Of a stretch of DNA of 64,000 nt, positions 21,488 to 31,333 are shown one piece after another. Both the position numbers and the translations under genes were made by a program. Position 1 is the first letter of the stretch; each line of letters starts with the position of its first letter. Location: positions 320,001 through 384,000 of the forward strand of contig CBDDCK010000005.1 of NCBI GenBank assembly GCA_965225855.1, written 5' to 3'. The notes under the pieces were generated by a model. The model saw nothing but the letters and a program-made list of their open reading frames with translations. It did no database searches and was not told where the DNA came from. This stretch comes from Spirochaetia bacterium. Lineage in GTDB: Bacteria > Spirochaetota > Spirochaetia > SP-2023.

Positions 21488-23137
21488 TTACTGTGTCTCA
21501 AGCGTTAATAAATTTAGCAAAGCCTCTAAGCCAATGGCCGAATGAATTACCTCAAGAAAACCAATCAAACGGGGGCCATCACTGCGACCAATTAAAAGCT
21601 GGTACACTTGCGGGAAAACTTGGGAACTTTCCAAACCAGCCTCTTTTAACAATTGATAAAAACCATTTCTAAGTTGCTTGCGATCGAATTCCCTAGCCCC
21701 AAATTGCTGCTGCAAATGAGCACACAATTTCGGTAAAAAATCCTTCATCTCTGGCGAAACAATGAAATGGGGAGGTAAAGGTTGTCTTTGTTTGTACAAT
21801 TGAAAACGGAATTCTTCCGGAGCATATTTTTGGACCCAATTCCAAGCACATGCAACCCAAGCCTCAAAACGTTGCAAACTATGCTCGGGCACAGGCATAC
21901 CTTCTTTTTTCAAAAACAAATGGACGGCATTAGAATCTCCATCATAAATTTGCAAAAGATTGCAAAGATGGCGCAAAGGCATGGCAAAAGGCCTCTGCTC
22001 TGCAGGCTTATCTACTTGCGAAAGCTCGTAGATACGTTTTAATTTTGCCTGTTTTTTCGCAGCTTTTCCCTCTTTTGCATCTTCATAAAAAGCTTGCTCA
22101 CAGCGCACAAAATCATCATAAATTTTCAAAACATCTAAATCAAAAGAAATAGCAAATTCAGTATTAGGCCGAGTACTAGCAAATAAAAAGCGAACCATTT
22201 CTGGAGGATAAATTTCCAACACATCATCTAAGCTTAAAACTTCACCCGAGGAAGAGGAGATTTTTCCGCTTAAGCCTTTGATACGCACAAAATCATATTG
22301 AAAAGTTATAGGGGCTGCATGACCATAAACTTTCTGGCAAATCTCTTGTGCAGTGGTAAAGCTTCCTCCTTCACTATGATGGTCTTTCCCTGCTGGTTCA
22401 AAATCTACTTTTTCGTAAGCCCAACGCATGGGCCAATCTATACGCCACGGCAGCTTGACTAAACCGGTAGCTCGCAAATCAATGAACTCATTGTGTTGGC
22501 AATGCTCACAGTGATAGCTTATTTGCCACTCACCATTCCAACTGGTACAAGTGGTCTCATCGCGATGGCAATTGCCGCAAAATAAACTCACGGGCCACCA
22601 ATTTTTGCTCAATGGTTCCTTGCGGTGTTTATTTAATTCTTCTTTAATAATTTCCTTATGCTCCAACGCTTTGCGGATTCCATTTGCATAAGTGGAAGTT
22701 TGGTATTGTTGGGCTTGGTAAATATATTCAGGCTCAATGCCTACTTTGGCTAAAGAATGCTCTAATTCTTTTTCGTTCGCTTCGGCATAAGAGGCTGCTC
22801 TACCTTTTACATCGGGAACATGGGTGATCGGTTGGCGCAAATATTCTTTTAGCCGTTCTTGCTGTGGCATGTTGGCAGGCACTTTGCGAAATACATCATA
22901 ATCGTCCCAAGAATAGACAAAACGAACGCTAGCCCCTATGTCCTTTAATGCTCGCAGAACAAGCTCTGTAGAAATAATCTCGCGAAAGTTGCCTATGTGA
23001 ACTGTCCCTGAAGGTGTAATGCCCGATGCACAGACAAACGGTTCTTCAGAGTCTTTCTTGCGTTCACGCACAATTTTCCTAGCATAAATATCAGCCCAGT
23101 GCTCGCTTGGGCCGCCTAATAGACTAAGATCAGCCAT
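21488..23137 (-). CDS. lysS: Lysine--tRNA ligase, class I
   Basis: HWAD, ASGITPSGTVHIGNFRE, KLPWRIDWPMRW, FEPAGKDH, KISSSSG, GPRL. Confidence 0.97.
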   Translation of the reverse strand: MADLSLLGGPSEHWADIYARKIVRERKKDSEEPFVCASGITPSGTVHIGNFREIISTELVLRALKDIGASVRFVYSWDDYDVFRKVPANMPQQERLKEYLRQPITHVPDVKGRAASYAEANEKELEHSLAKVGIEPEYIYQAQQYQTSTYANGIRKALEHKEIIKEELNKHRKEPLSKNWWPVSLFCGNCHRDETTCTSWNGEWQISYHCEHCQHNEFIDLRATGLVKLPWRIDWPMRWAYEKVDFEPAGKDHHSEGGSFTTAQEICQKVYGHAAPITFQYDFVRIKGLSGKISSSSGEVLSLDDVLEIYPPEMVRFLFASTRPNTEFAISFDLDVLKIYDDFVRCEQAFYEDAKEGKAAKKQAKLKRIYELSQVDKPAEQRPFAMPLRHLCNLLQIYDGDSNAVHLFLKKEGMPVPEHSLQRFEAWVACAWNWVQKYAPEEFRFQLYKQRQPLPPHFIVSPEMKDFLPKLCAHLQQQFGAREFDRKQLRNGFYQLLKEAGLESSQVFPQVYQLLIGRSDGPRLIGFLEVIHSAIGLEALLNLLTLETQ

Positions 23138-23260
23138 GCTATACCCCTCTTTTTGAAAATAATAAGAACTCAGGCAATATATACAAAAATATTTTGTATC
23201 GCAATCAAAATTCCGTTATCTGTTTGAGAAATTGAAAGGGCTAGCCCCAATACAAATTCT

Positions 23261-23434
23261 CTACTCCGTGTAAATGCATTCTTCTGGGCAAACGCTAAGA
23301 CAAGCACCACAGTCAATACAAGAATTTGCATCTATATCATGGGCATCAAAATCTTCAGAAATTGCATCAGTTGGGCATTCGGAAATACAAAGCCCGCAAT
23401 TGATACAGGCTTCTGTTTCTATTCTGTAAGCCAT
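23261..23434 (-). CDS. 2[4Fe-4S] ferredoxin (57 aa; below the ORF-track cutoff)
   Basis: RBS AGGAGG. MAYRIETEACINCGLCISECPTDAISEDFDAHDIDANSCIDCGACLSVCPEECIYTE* has two CxxCxxCxxxCP motifs. Confidence 0.95.
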   Translation of the reverse strand: MAYRIETEACINCGLCISECPTDAISEDFDAHDIDANSCIDCGACLSVCPEECIYTE

Positions 23435-23545
23435 AAAACCTCCTCTAAATCCATTATCTTTCTATTGTATAAATCTTGCTTAAATTGACAACATGCTTAT
23501 GATGCATATAAATCTTTAAAGTCCGAATCAAGGAGGATATTTATT

Positions 23546-24545
23546 ATGTTGTTTCTATACAATACCGTAGTAAATAACGGGGGTAAGACTTAGCGTTGCA
23601 TTGCTTCTACTTGCAATGTTGGTTATTTCATGCGACCCCGATGTAAAGGAGGTAAAGGAAGATAAACCCAAATCCTCACTGCCATTAAATTCTATGGCAG
23701 ATATTACTACCGATAAAGATGCCAGCAGTACAGCATGGGGTTTTTCAAAATAAAAGCATCACCTTTACCACCCAAGCCCAATATCCTACTGATAACAAAA
23801 TAGATAATGCTCAATTTACTTGGGAATGGCGCAAACGCAGGTAAAGAGGTCACAAGCGACTTTGGCCGCACATGGAGCGAAATTGAAGGCGCAACAATCG
23901 CAACAGCCGAAATTAGCATACCACAAAGTGAAAGAGTGGGTGCTTATGAATTGCGGGTGCAGGCCACCTATGGTAGCAAAACTGTAAATAATTACAACAA
24001 GTTGTATCCATTTACCATGCGCAAAAGTGGCTGCCCAGCACCAGCCAATAGGCCCAAAACCGTTAAGGCGCTTAGAGCTTTGTTAATTTGGCAACAATAA
24101 CCAACCACTCGGTACTTAAACTGAATCCAATTATATAAAGGCTATAGATACTTCTTTGTTAAATAGACTTGGAGATTACACTTTAAAAGAAGATGGCTAT
24201 ATTGATTTCAAGAAAAGTCGTAATTTCGCACTTAATAACTATTTAGTCTCTGATAACGTTACCTTTAATGTAGATATTAGCTGCTGGGACGTTTCCAACG
24301 TTACGACTATGTAGCATATGTTTGTTTCAGCAGCTAAATTTAATAATGGTAGTAATGGTAATATTGCGAAATGGGACTCTTCTAAGGTTACGATTATGCA
24401 AGCAATGTTTACTGGATCTGCAGCTTTTAACCAAAACCTAAGTGATTGGGATACCTCGAAAGTTACTTCTTGTAATGAGATTTCCAATAGTTTTAATTTA
24501 TGGATTAATGCAAATCGCCCTAATTTTAAAGGTTGTACCCCTTAG
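23546..24545 (+). pseudogene. Fragmented DUF285/BspA-like surface lipoprotein
   Basis: RBS AAGGAGG and ATG at 23546, frameshifted lipobox LLAMLVIS|C, several stops/frameshifts, and C-terminal FNVDISCWDVSNVTTM*HMF..WDSSKVTIMQAMF..FNQNLSDWDTSKVT repeats. Confidence 0.85.
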
Positions 24546-24566
24546 TAAATAAAGCGACTAAAGCGT

Positions 24567-24609
24567 AAGCCTTTTGCCAAAAGATAAATCATGGCAAAGG
24601 GCTTTTTTA
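24567..24609 (+). terminator. Terminator after the DUF285 pseudogene
   Basis: aagccttttgcca...tggcaaagggctttttt. Confidence 0.6.
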
Positions 24610-24792
24610 GTATAAAACCAATTCCTCAACCGTTTTGTTTAAATTCTAGTAGCCAATTTTACAAAATTCTTACACTACCTTTAGTTCGATATTCGCACTA
24701 TAGCTATCGAAAGGTTCGATCTAGCGTTAGTTTGAGGTTGGTACTAGTCTTTCCTACAACCTTTCGATAGGCTTAGCCATAAATTAGCACTA

Positions 24793-24840
24793 GGAAACAA
24801 AAGGGCCACTACCCATTGCAGAAGTGGCTCTTTTGTTTCC
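24793..24840 (-). terminator. Hairpin downstream of tal
   Basis: ggaaacaaaagggccact...agtggctcttttgtttcc inverted repeat. Confidence 0.65.
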
Positions 24841-24853
24841 TAAATGCTAGCAA

Positions 24854-25789
24854 TTACAGTTTGGCGGCAATCATATCCTTTAATTTGAGCAAGTCTTGGT
24901 TAAACAAGCGGATACCTTCGGCCAACTTTTCACTAGCCATGGCATCTTCATTGTGCAACCACAAAAAGTCCTTTTCTTCTAAGTGCAACTTCTTATCATC
25001 AGACTTTTGATTGCTCTTCAATTTTGCAGGTAGCTCACCATCTTTGGCTTTTAATTCAGCCAGCAAAGTGGGAGAAATGGTGAGCCTATCACAACCGCAC
25101 AGCTCTTCAATTTCGCCAATATTGCGAAACGATGCACCCATTACAATGGTCTTGTAACCATAAGTTTTGTAATAGCGGTAAATGCGTTGCACCGAGAGTA
25201 CGCCTGGGTCTTCTTGCGGCTCAAAAGTACGGCCTTCGGCCTTTTTGTACCAATCCATAATGCGGCCTACAAAAGGGGAAATCAGCGTAACCCCAGCTTC
25301 AGCACAGGCAATGGCTTGGGCAAAAGAAAACAACAAAGTCAAATTACAATGAATGCCATCTTTTTCCAAAATAGCTGCAGCTTGGATACCGGCCCAAGTG
25401 GAAGCCATTTTTATCAGAATGCGAGCACGGCTGTAACCCAATTCTTCATACCAACTGATTATTTGGCGGGCAGCGGCAACAGAAGCATCACAGTCAAAAG
25501 ATAAAGAGGCATCGACCTCGGTAGAAACATAGCCGGGAATGATCTCCAATAGTTTAGAACCAAAGATGACCCCAAGGCGTTGGCAAACCAGACTAACATT
25601 GCAGTTTTGCTCTTTACCCCACGCTATCGCCTCATCAAATAACGCTTGATATTGCGGCATGGAAGCCGCCTTGAGAATCAAGGACGGATTGGTGGTGCAG
25701 TCTTGGGGTTTAAACTCTTTAATACTGGCAATATCGCCAGAATCAGCAACAACAACTGTGTGCTGTTTTAGGCTATCTAAACAAGACAT
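24854..25789 (-). CDS. tal: Transaldolase (type I)
   Basis: [59 protein letters not shown]. Confidence 0.97.
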   Translation of the reverse strand: MSCLDSLKQHTVVVADSGDIASIKEFKPQDCTTNPSLILKAASMPQYQALFDEAIAWGKEQNCNVSLVCQRLGVIFGSKLLEIIPGYVSTEVDASLSFDCDASVAAARQIISWYEELGYSRARILIKMASTWAGIQAAAILEKDGIHCNLTLLFSFAQAIACAEAGVTLISPFVGRIMDWYKKAEGRTFEPQEDPGVLSVQRIYRYYKTYGYKTIVMGASFRNIGEIEELCGCDRLTISPTLLAELKAKDGELPAKLKSNQKSDDKKLHLEEKDFLWLHNEDAMASEKLAEGIRLFNQDLLKLKDMIAAKL

Positions 25790-25894
25790 AAAACTCTCCT
25801 ATATATGTTGATTGAAATTTGCGAGTTATCATAGCATAAGCTTGTAATTTGAATAACTAGCTCTAGCGGTTTTGCTCTATTTTTTAGGCGGCTT

Positions 25895-28708
25895 TTACAA
25901 ATATTTGTTAGCCCATAATTGCAATATTTGCAAAGCAAACACCTCATTCAGGTGTTCTAAATTAGGGCCATGCTCTTTAGTTAGAGCCATTAAATCCTCA
26001 AATAATAAATCGGGCTCACTAAACAATAGGCTAGCAGATTGGGCTTGTTGCGATCGTCCCACTTCATAACCCCTTTGTTTATCCTCTGGCTTACTCTGTT
26101 GCTCGGATTCTCTAGTCAAAATTATTTGTGTTTGAGCATTTGCTAAAGCCGCTTGTGGGCTTTTAAGCTCTGTAGATTCTGTAGGATAGGCTCCTCTTAG
26201 TATAATTTCTTCAGCCCGCTTGGTAACCGCAGCCGGTATGCCCGCTAACGCAGCCACATGGATACCGTAAGAACTGGCAATCGCCCCTTCTTGCACATGC
26301 TTTAAAAAGCGGATTTTCTCACCATTATCATCTACTGCCAAGCACAGCAGTTGTAAATGTTGTTCTGAAAGCCTCGTAAGTTCATGGTAATGAGTAGCAA
26401 ATAACGTCATACACTGGATAGTATGCAAAATGTACTCACTAATACTTTGGGCAATGGCCAAGCCATCGCGTGTACTGGTGCCCCGGCCCACTTCGTCCAT
26501 AATCACCAAACTATAGCGGCTAGCTTCATGGAGAATACGGGCTGTTTCCTGCATTTCCACCATAAAAGTAGACTCACCACGAGAAAGATTATCGGAAGCC
26601 CCCACGCGGCAAAAAATGCGGTCAACAATCGGTATACAAGCCTTCCTTGCGGGAACATAGCAGCCTATCTGGGCCATCAACACGATCAAGGCATTTTGGC
26701 GCAGATAAGTGGACTTTCCTGCCATGTTGGGCCCAGTAATCAAGGCAAAAAAACGCTTTCTGTCTAAAACTAAATGGTTGGGCACAAAATCATAATCTTG
26801 CAAGTAGTGCTCTACTACAGGGTGGCGGCCCGCTTCAATGGAAAGTGAAGAACCTTGTTCCAGTAATTCTGGCAGCACATAATTATAGCGTTCTGCAATC
26901 TCGGCAAAATTAGCCAGCACATCGAGTTCGGCCAGCCCTTTTGACAAACGCAGTACTAAAGATGTTTCGGGCAAAATCGACTCTCGCAAAGCCTCAAATA
27001 GCTGACGTTCCAGTTGCACTATTTGTTCATCTGCACTATTTAACTTAGCTTCCAATTCTGCCAGCTCTTCTGTGCTATACCGCTCATTATTCACTAACGA
27101 TTGGCGGCGGATAAAGTGCTGTGGCAATTGAATCTGTGCGGCTTGGGCTTTGGTGATCTCAAAATAGTAACCAATAATTCGGTTATACTTTAGCTTTAAT
27201 TTAACAGTGCGGATTTGGGCTTGTTCCTTAGCAACATAAGCATCAAGAACTTCTCGGCGGTTGCCTAACATCGCGCGCAGCTCATCTAATTCTTGCGAAT
27301 AGCCGTCTGCAATCATACCGCCTTCATGCAATAGCACAGGGGGCGTTTCGGTAATACTGCGTTGAAGCAAATTGGTTAACTGGGCCACACTGTTTTTTTG
27401 TTTATCGTTTACAAATAAGCTTTGCAATAGCTGAGCATTTTCGCTTTGTCCTACTTTGGTATAAATTTGCTGATACAATGCTAGCGATTGGCGTAAAGCC
27501 ACCAAATCACGAGCGTTGGCCTTAGCGGTAGAAATACGGCTCATTACTCGTTCTAAGTCGCTAAGCTGGGACAGCATTTCACGTATATCGCTGCGCAATA
27601 GAGTATCGCTTAGCAAAACAGCAACTTTTTGGTAGCGTTGTTCTAGCTGTGTTTTATCCAACAAAGGTTGGCGCAGCCAGCGGTGCAAACAGCGCGAGCC
27701 TATAGAGCTTTGGCATCGGTGCAACACTTGGAACAAACTGTAATTCTGGCTACCATCTTGCATGTTTTGGAAAATTTCCAAATTGCGCAAGGCCGCTGAA
27801 TCGAGCTGCAATTGTTCTTTGCGCTGCAATGGCAGCAACCGTTGCACATGGCCCAAGACATGGCTAAAGACCTGCTGCTGGTTTTGATGCAAATATTCAA
27901 GCACAACCCAAGCCGCACCAAAAGCTGCGCCATAAACAGAATTAGTAGATTTTGCTCCTGTAGTATGTTTTACTCTTGCCTTGTTGGGAGCTTTGACTGC
28001 CTGCTCTTCAAAGCCAAAACCTTTTAAGCTTTGAACGCCAAAAAATTCCAGTAACTTGCGCTCTGCACTCTCGGGATTAAAGCACCAGAAAGGAATGCGG
28101 TTGCAGAGTCGAGCTGTATTGCCGTGGCTATTCCCTTGATTCCAAAACTCATGACTAAACTCATCGTGCAATTCTTCCATCAATAGCAATTCGCGAGAAT
28201 GGGCTAGCAATAATTCACGCTGTAATATTTCGCTACGCAATTCTATACTAGGAGCATAAAAGCTGCCGGCAATAAATTCACCTGTAGAAAAGTCGAGCAA
28301 AGCCATTCCTAGATTTTGGCCTAAATTGCAAAAAGCCTGTAAGTAATTATTGGCACCCCTGTCGAGAAATTCTTCCTGCAGCACCGTCCCGGGGGAAACA
28401 ATTTCCACAACTTCGCGTTTACTGATACCACGACCCGCTTTTTGTGGCAATTCGGTTTGTTCACAAATGGCAATGCGTTTACCACATTGGAGCAGACGCG
28501 GCAAATAATTTTGCAAAGCATGGTAGGGGATACCTGCCATGGGAATACCTTGCCGCTTAGTTAGGTTCAGATTGAGCAGCTGGCTAATTTCTTCTGCATC
28601 GCTAAAAAACATTTCATAAAAATCACCCATGCGAAATAGCAGTACCGAATTTTGGTGCTCTGCTTTGATTTCTTTGTATTGCTTAATCATGGGTGTATCA
28701 TTGTCCAC
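25895..28708 (-). CDS. mutS: DNA mismatch repair protein MutS
   Basis: TPMIKQY, FRMGDFYEMF, ITGPNMAGKSTY, GESTFMVEM, MDEVGRGTS, FATHYHEL, SYGIHVA. Confidence 0.98.
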   Translation of the reverse strand: MDNDTPMIKQYKEIKAEHQNSVLLFRMGDFYEMFFSDAEEISQLLNLNLTKRQGIPMAGIPYHALQNYLPRLLQCGKRIAICEQTELPQKAGRGISKREVVEIVSPGTVLQEEFLDRGANNYLQAFCNLGQNLGMALLDFSTGEFIAGSFYAPSIELRSEILQRELLLAHSRELLLMEELHDEFSHEFWNQGNSHGNTARLCNRIPFWCFNPESAERKLLEFFGVQSLKGFGFEEQAVKAPNKARVKHTTGAKSTNSVYGAAFGAAWVVLEYLHQNQQQVFSHVLGHVQRLLPLQRKEQLQLDSAALRNLEIFQNMQDGSQNYSLFQVLHRCQSSIGSRCLHRWLRQPLLDKTQLEQRYQKVAVLLSDTLLRSDIREMLSQLSDLERVMSRISTAKANARDLVALRQSLALYQQIYTKVGQSENAQLLQSLFVNDKQKNSVAQLTNLLQRSITETPPVLLHEGGMIADGYSQELDELRAMLGNRREVLDAYVAKEQAQIRTVKLKLKYNRIIGYYFEITKAQAAQIQLPQHFIRRQSLVNNERYSTEELAELEAKLNSADEQIVQLERQLFEALRESILPETSLVLRLSKGLAELDVLANFAEIAERYNYVLPELLEQGSSLSIEAGRHPVVEHYLQDYDFVPNHLVLDRKRFFALITGPNMAGKSTYLRQNALIVLMAQIGCYVPARKACIPIVDRIFCRVGASDNLSRGESTFMVEMQETARILHEASRYSLVIMDEVGRGTSTRDGLAIAQSISEYILHTIQCMTLFATHYHELTRLSEQHLQLLCLAVDDNGEKIRFLKHVQEGAIASSYGIHVAALAGIPAAVTKRAEEIILRGAYPTESTELKSPQAALANAQTQIILTRESEQQSKPEDKQRGYEVGRSQQAQSASLLFSEPDLLFEDLMALTKEHGPNLEHLNEVFALQILQLWANKYL

Positions 28709-28745
28709 CGTATGCTTACCCTCTTATTTGGCTTTTGACTAGCTC

Positions 28746-29765
28746 CTAGCAAATTTCATAACTCTCATATTGCCATTCACCCAAACGCTGTACTTCGGCT
28801 TCTAGGGTAAATCCTGTGCGCCGGTAAACTTCTGTGCAAATGGCGCAGGCCAATTGCCAAATTTCACTAGCGCGGGCTTGGTTGCAATTGACGATAATAT
28901 TGCCATGCCATGGGGCTAATTGAGCTTTGCCACAACGCCTGCCTTTTAGCCCTAGCCCATCAATAATTTTGCCTGTGGGTGCACCAAAATTTCGATTGTT
29001 TTTAAAAAATGAACCGGCGCAAGGTAGGCGAAAATGGCCTTTGACAATGCGGTCTTCTAAAAAATTTTGCATCTCACATTCCAAGCTAGCTTGTGGCTGC
29101 TCACGCAAACCAAACTCTACTGCTACAATCAAAGCCCCCGCTAATTTATGGCCAGATTTCTGTTGAAAATGAGAATATTTATAATTCCAATCAGAAGGCC
29201 CTAGTTCAACCCAATGCAAGTCGGAACAACGATAAACATTCCCCCGCTCATTTAGTGCTGAATGGTTTAAAGGTAAATTGTGCAAAGCAGGCGGAATGCA
29301 TAGCACCCGTTGGACAATTTCAGCCATTTCCCCTTCGTAACAACGGGCATTCATATACACCGCACCTCCGAGGCTGCCTGGCATACCGTAAAAATAGTGG
29401 AGCCCCGCAGCGTTCTGTTTGGCACTATATCTACAGATTTCAGACATATCCCAGCCAGCTTCAGCCCTTAATCGGCCCGATTGCCATTCAATGCCCTTTA
29501 AATAACGCAAGCTCAACACAACACCCTTAACGCCCTCATCGGCAACCAAAATATTGGCACCGCCTCCCAAAATATGTAGCGGAATATTTTGGCGTTCGGA
29601 GCACTTGAGCATCACAAATAATTCTTCGCGATTGCGCGGTAGCAATAATAGCTGGGCATTACCACCAGCTGCAAATGCGGTAAAAGGAGCTAGAGATATA
29701 TCACAAAAGACCAAGCAGCCCAACTGCTCTAAAGATTGGCCAAATTCGATAAGTTTCGCAGACAT
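28746..29765 (-). CDS. murB: UDP-N-acetylmuramate dehydrogenase
   Basis: LGGGANILVAD, GMPGSLGGAVYMNA, AGSFFKN, HGNIIVN, LEAEV. Confidence 0.95.
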   Translation of the reverse strand: MSAKLIEFGQSLEQLGCLVFCDISLAPFTAFAAGGNAQLLLLPRNREELFVMLKCSERQNIPLHILGGGANILVADEGVKGVVLSLRYLKGIEWQSGRLRAEAGWDMSEICRYSAKQNAAGLHYFYGMPGSLGGAVYMNARCYEGEMAEIVQRVLCIPPALHNLPLNHSALNERGNVYRCSDLHWVELGPSDWNYKYSHFQQKSGHKLAGALIVAVEFGLREQPQASLECEMQNFLEDRIVKGHFRLPCAGSFFKNNRNFGAPTGKIIDGLGLKGRRCGKAQLAPWHGNIIVNCNQARASEIWQLACAICTEVYRRTGFTLEAEVQRLGEWQYESYEIC

Positions 29766-29956
29766 ATATCAATATCCAATAACCAAATAACTATGCAGGC
29801 AATAAAAAAGATACCCGATCTATCACTCAAAAAAGCAATAGTCTAGCATACAGCAATGATAACTATTGTGCTGAATGGGTAATAAGGTATCTTTAAATGG
29901 TTTACTAAATTTATTTGGAGTTTACAATACACCACTAATTTTATATAATATAAAAA

Positions 29957-30178
29957 TTAGCGATTGTAATTTTGTTTCCTCGCTTCAAGGCGTTCTTTAC
30001 GCATTTGCCTGCGAATCAATGCCTTGCGTTTGCGACTACGGATTAACGAAGGTTTTTCAAAATATTCATGCCTTCTCCATTCGCGAATGATACCTTCTTT
30101 CTCAATCAGCCTTTTAAAACGTTTGATTGCTTTTTCCAATGGTTCATCTGGTACAACTTTTACTATTGCTATATTCAT
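29957..30178 (-). CDS. rpsU: 30S ribosomal protein bS21 (true start possibly ATA at 30172)
   Basis: [33 protein letters not shown]. Confidence 0.95.
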   Translation of the reverse strand: MNIAIVKVVPDEPLEKAIKRFKRLIEKEGIIREWRRHEYFEKPSLIRSRKRKALIRRQMRKERLEARKQNYNR

Positions 30179-30289
30179 CACCTCCTTTAGCTTCATTTGT
30201 AAGGATTTATTTTATGTAAAGCTATGTTTATGCTAGTGGTCTTGCTTTCATATTTACAAATTTCACCAGCTGTTCCCACTAAACGCGGG

Positions 30290-31288
30290 CTACTGCTCGG
30301 CTATCATAGAAACAATTTGATTTGTGTCAATTAAAGGGTTATCAAAATACAAGCTAGGGTCTACCCGCTGGGACGAAACCCAAAGTTCTGTATGCAAATG
30401 ATTACCGTTTGCAAAACCTGTTTTTCCAACTTCGCCAATTAAATGGCCTTTTTTAATAATAGCTCCTTCTCGAACGTTCATGGTGCTTAAATGTTGATAT
30501 TTAAGGTAAACCCCAGGCAATAAAGAAATCATAACAGTTTTGCCCGTAACAATTCTATCTTCAGCCATTACCACCAAGCCATTGCCTGAAGCCATAACTT
30601 TAACCCCCTCGGGCGCAGCCAAATCGTAACCTTTGTGAATACTGTTGACAACTTTGCCATTGGGATAGACGTATTTGCGCACATAGCCATAGGGGGCAGA
30701 GGTCCAACCTTTACCTGTTTTAAGGGGCCGTATCAAAGAGCCACTGTAGTATAAGTCTTCAGAGTTTTTGCGTTTCAGTATCGCCCACAACCGGTTGGAC
30801 TGGGTTCGTTGCTTGGCTATTAATTCGGGAGCTTTGGGGTTGAGAATATCATTCATTTTTTGGCTCAATTTAATGGTCTGCCCGGGATATTCGTGCTTTT
30901 GGATATAAATCGGGCGTTCCAATAATTGGCTGCGAGAACTTCCTTTGGCCAAAGTGGCACGAAGCATATAGTTACCAGATTTTTGAGTAGAAATAATTCC
31001 CAATAAGCCAATATAGGCCCAATCTTTCATGCGCCCGTCTAGCTGTTTGGCCAAGATACCGCGCTCATAGTTGAGCAAAAAGCCATTACTTTGAGCAACA
31101 ACTTTGCCTTTGGCATTGAGCAAGGCAAATTCCACGTTTTCTAAATTGTTGACCGGATAAATAAAAGATTGTAGGATTTGGCCCTGTTTCACACGGTCAG
31201 GAGCGTATAATTGTTGGGACTGTAATTGTAAGGCTGGCAAAATCAAGCCTATTGTCAATAATACAAACCATACCTTCCTATTATTCAT
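30290..31288 (-). CDS. Secreted M23-family peptidoglycan endopeptidase
   Basis: Signal peptide, HKGYDLAAPEG (HxxxD), YQHL, GNHLHTE (HxH), VDP. Confidence 0.9.
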   Translation of the reverse strand: MNNRKVWFVLLTIGLILPALQLQSQQLYAPDRVKQGQILQSFIYPVNNLENVEFALLNAKGKVVAQSNGFLLNYERGILAKQLDGRMKDWAYIGLLGIISTQKSGNYMLRATLAKGSSRSQLLERPIYIQKHEYPGQTIKLSQKMNDILNPKAPELIAKQRTQSNRLWAILKRKNSEDLYYSGSLIRPLKTGKGWTSAPYGYVRKYVYPNGKVVNSIHKGYDLAAPEGVKVMASGNGLVVMAEDRIVTGKTVMISLLPGVYLKYQHLSTMNVREGAIIKKGHLIGEVGKTGFANGNHLHTELWVSSQRVDPSLYFDNPLIDTNQIVSMIAEQ

Positions 31289-31333
31289 TAAAAACGATCC
31301 CCCTCAATTGTAACAGCAAAATGTAAATTCTTT

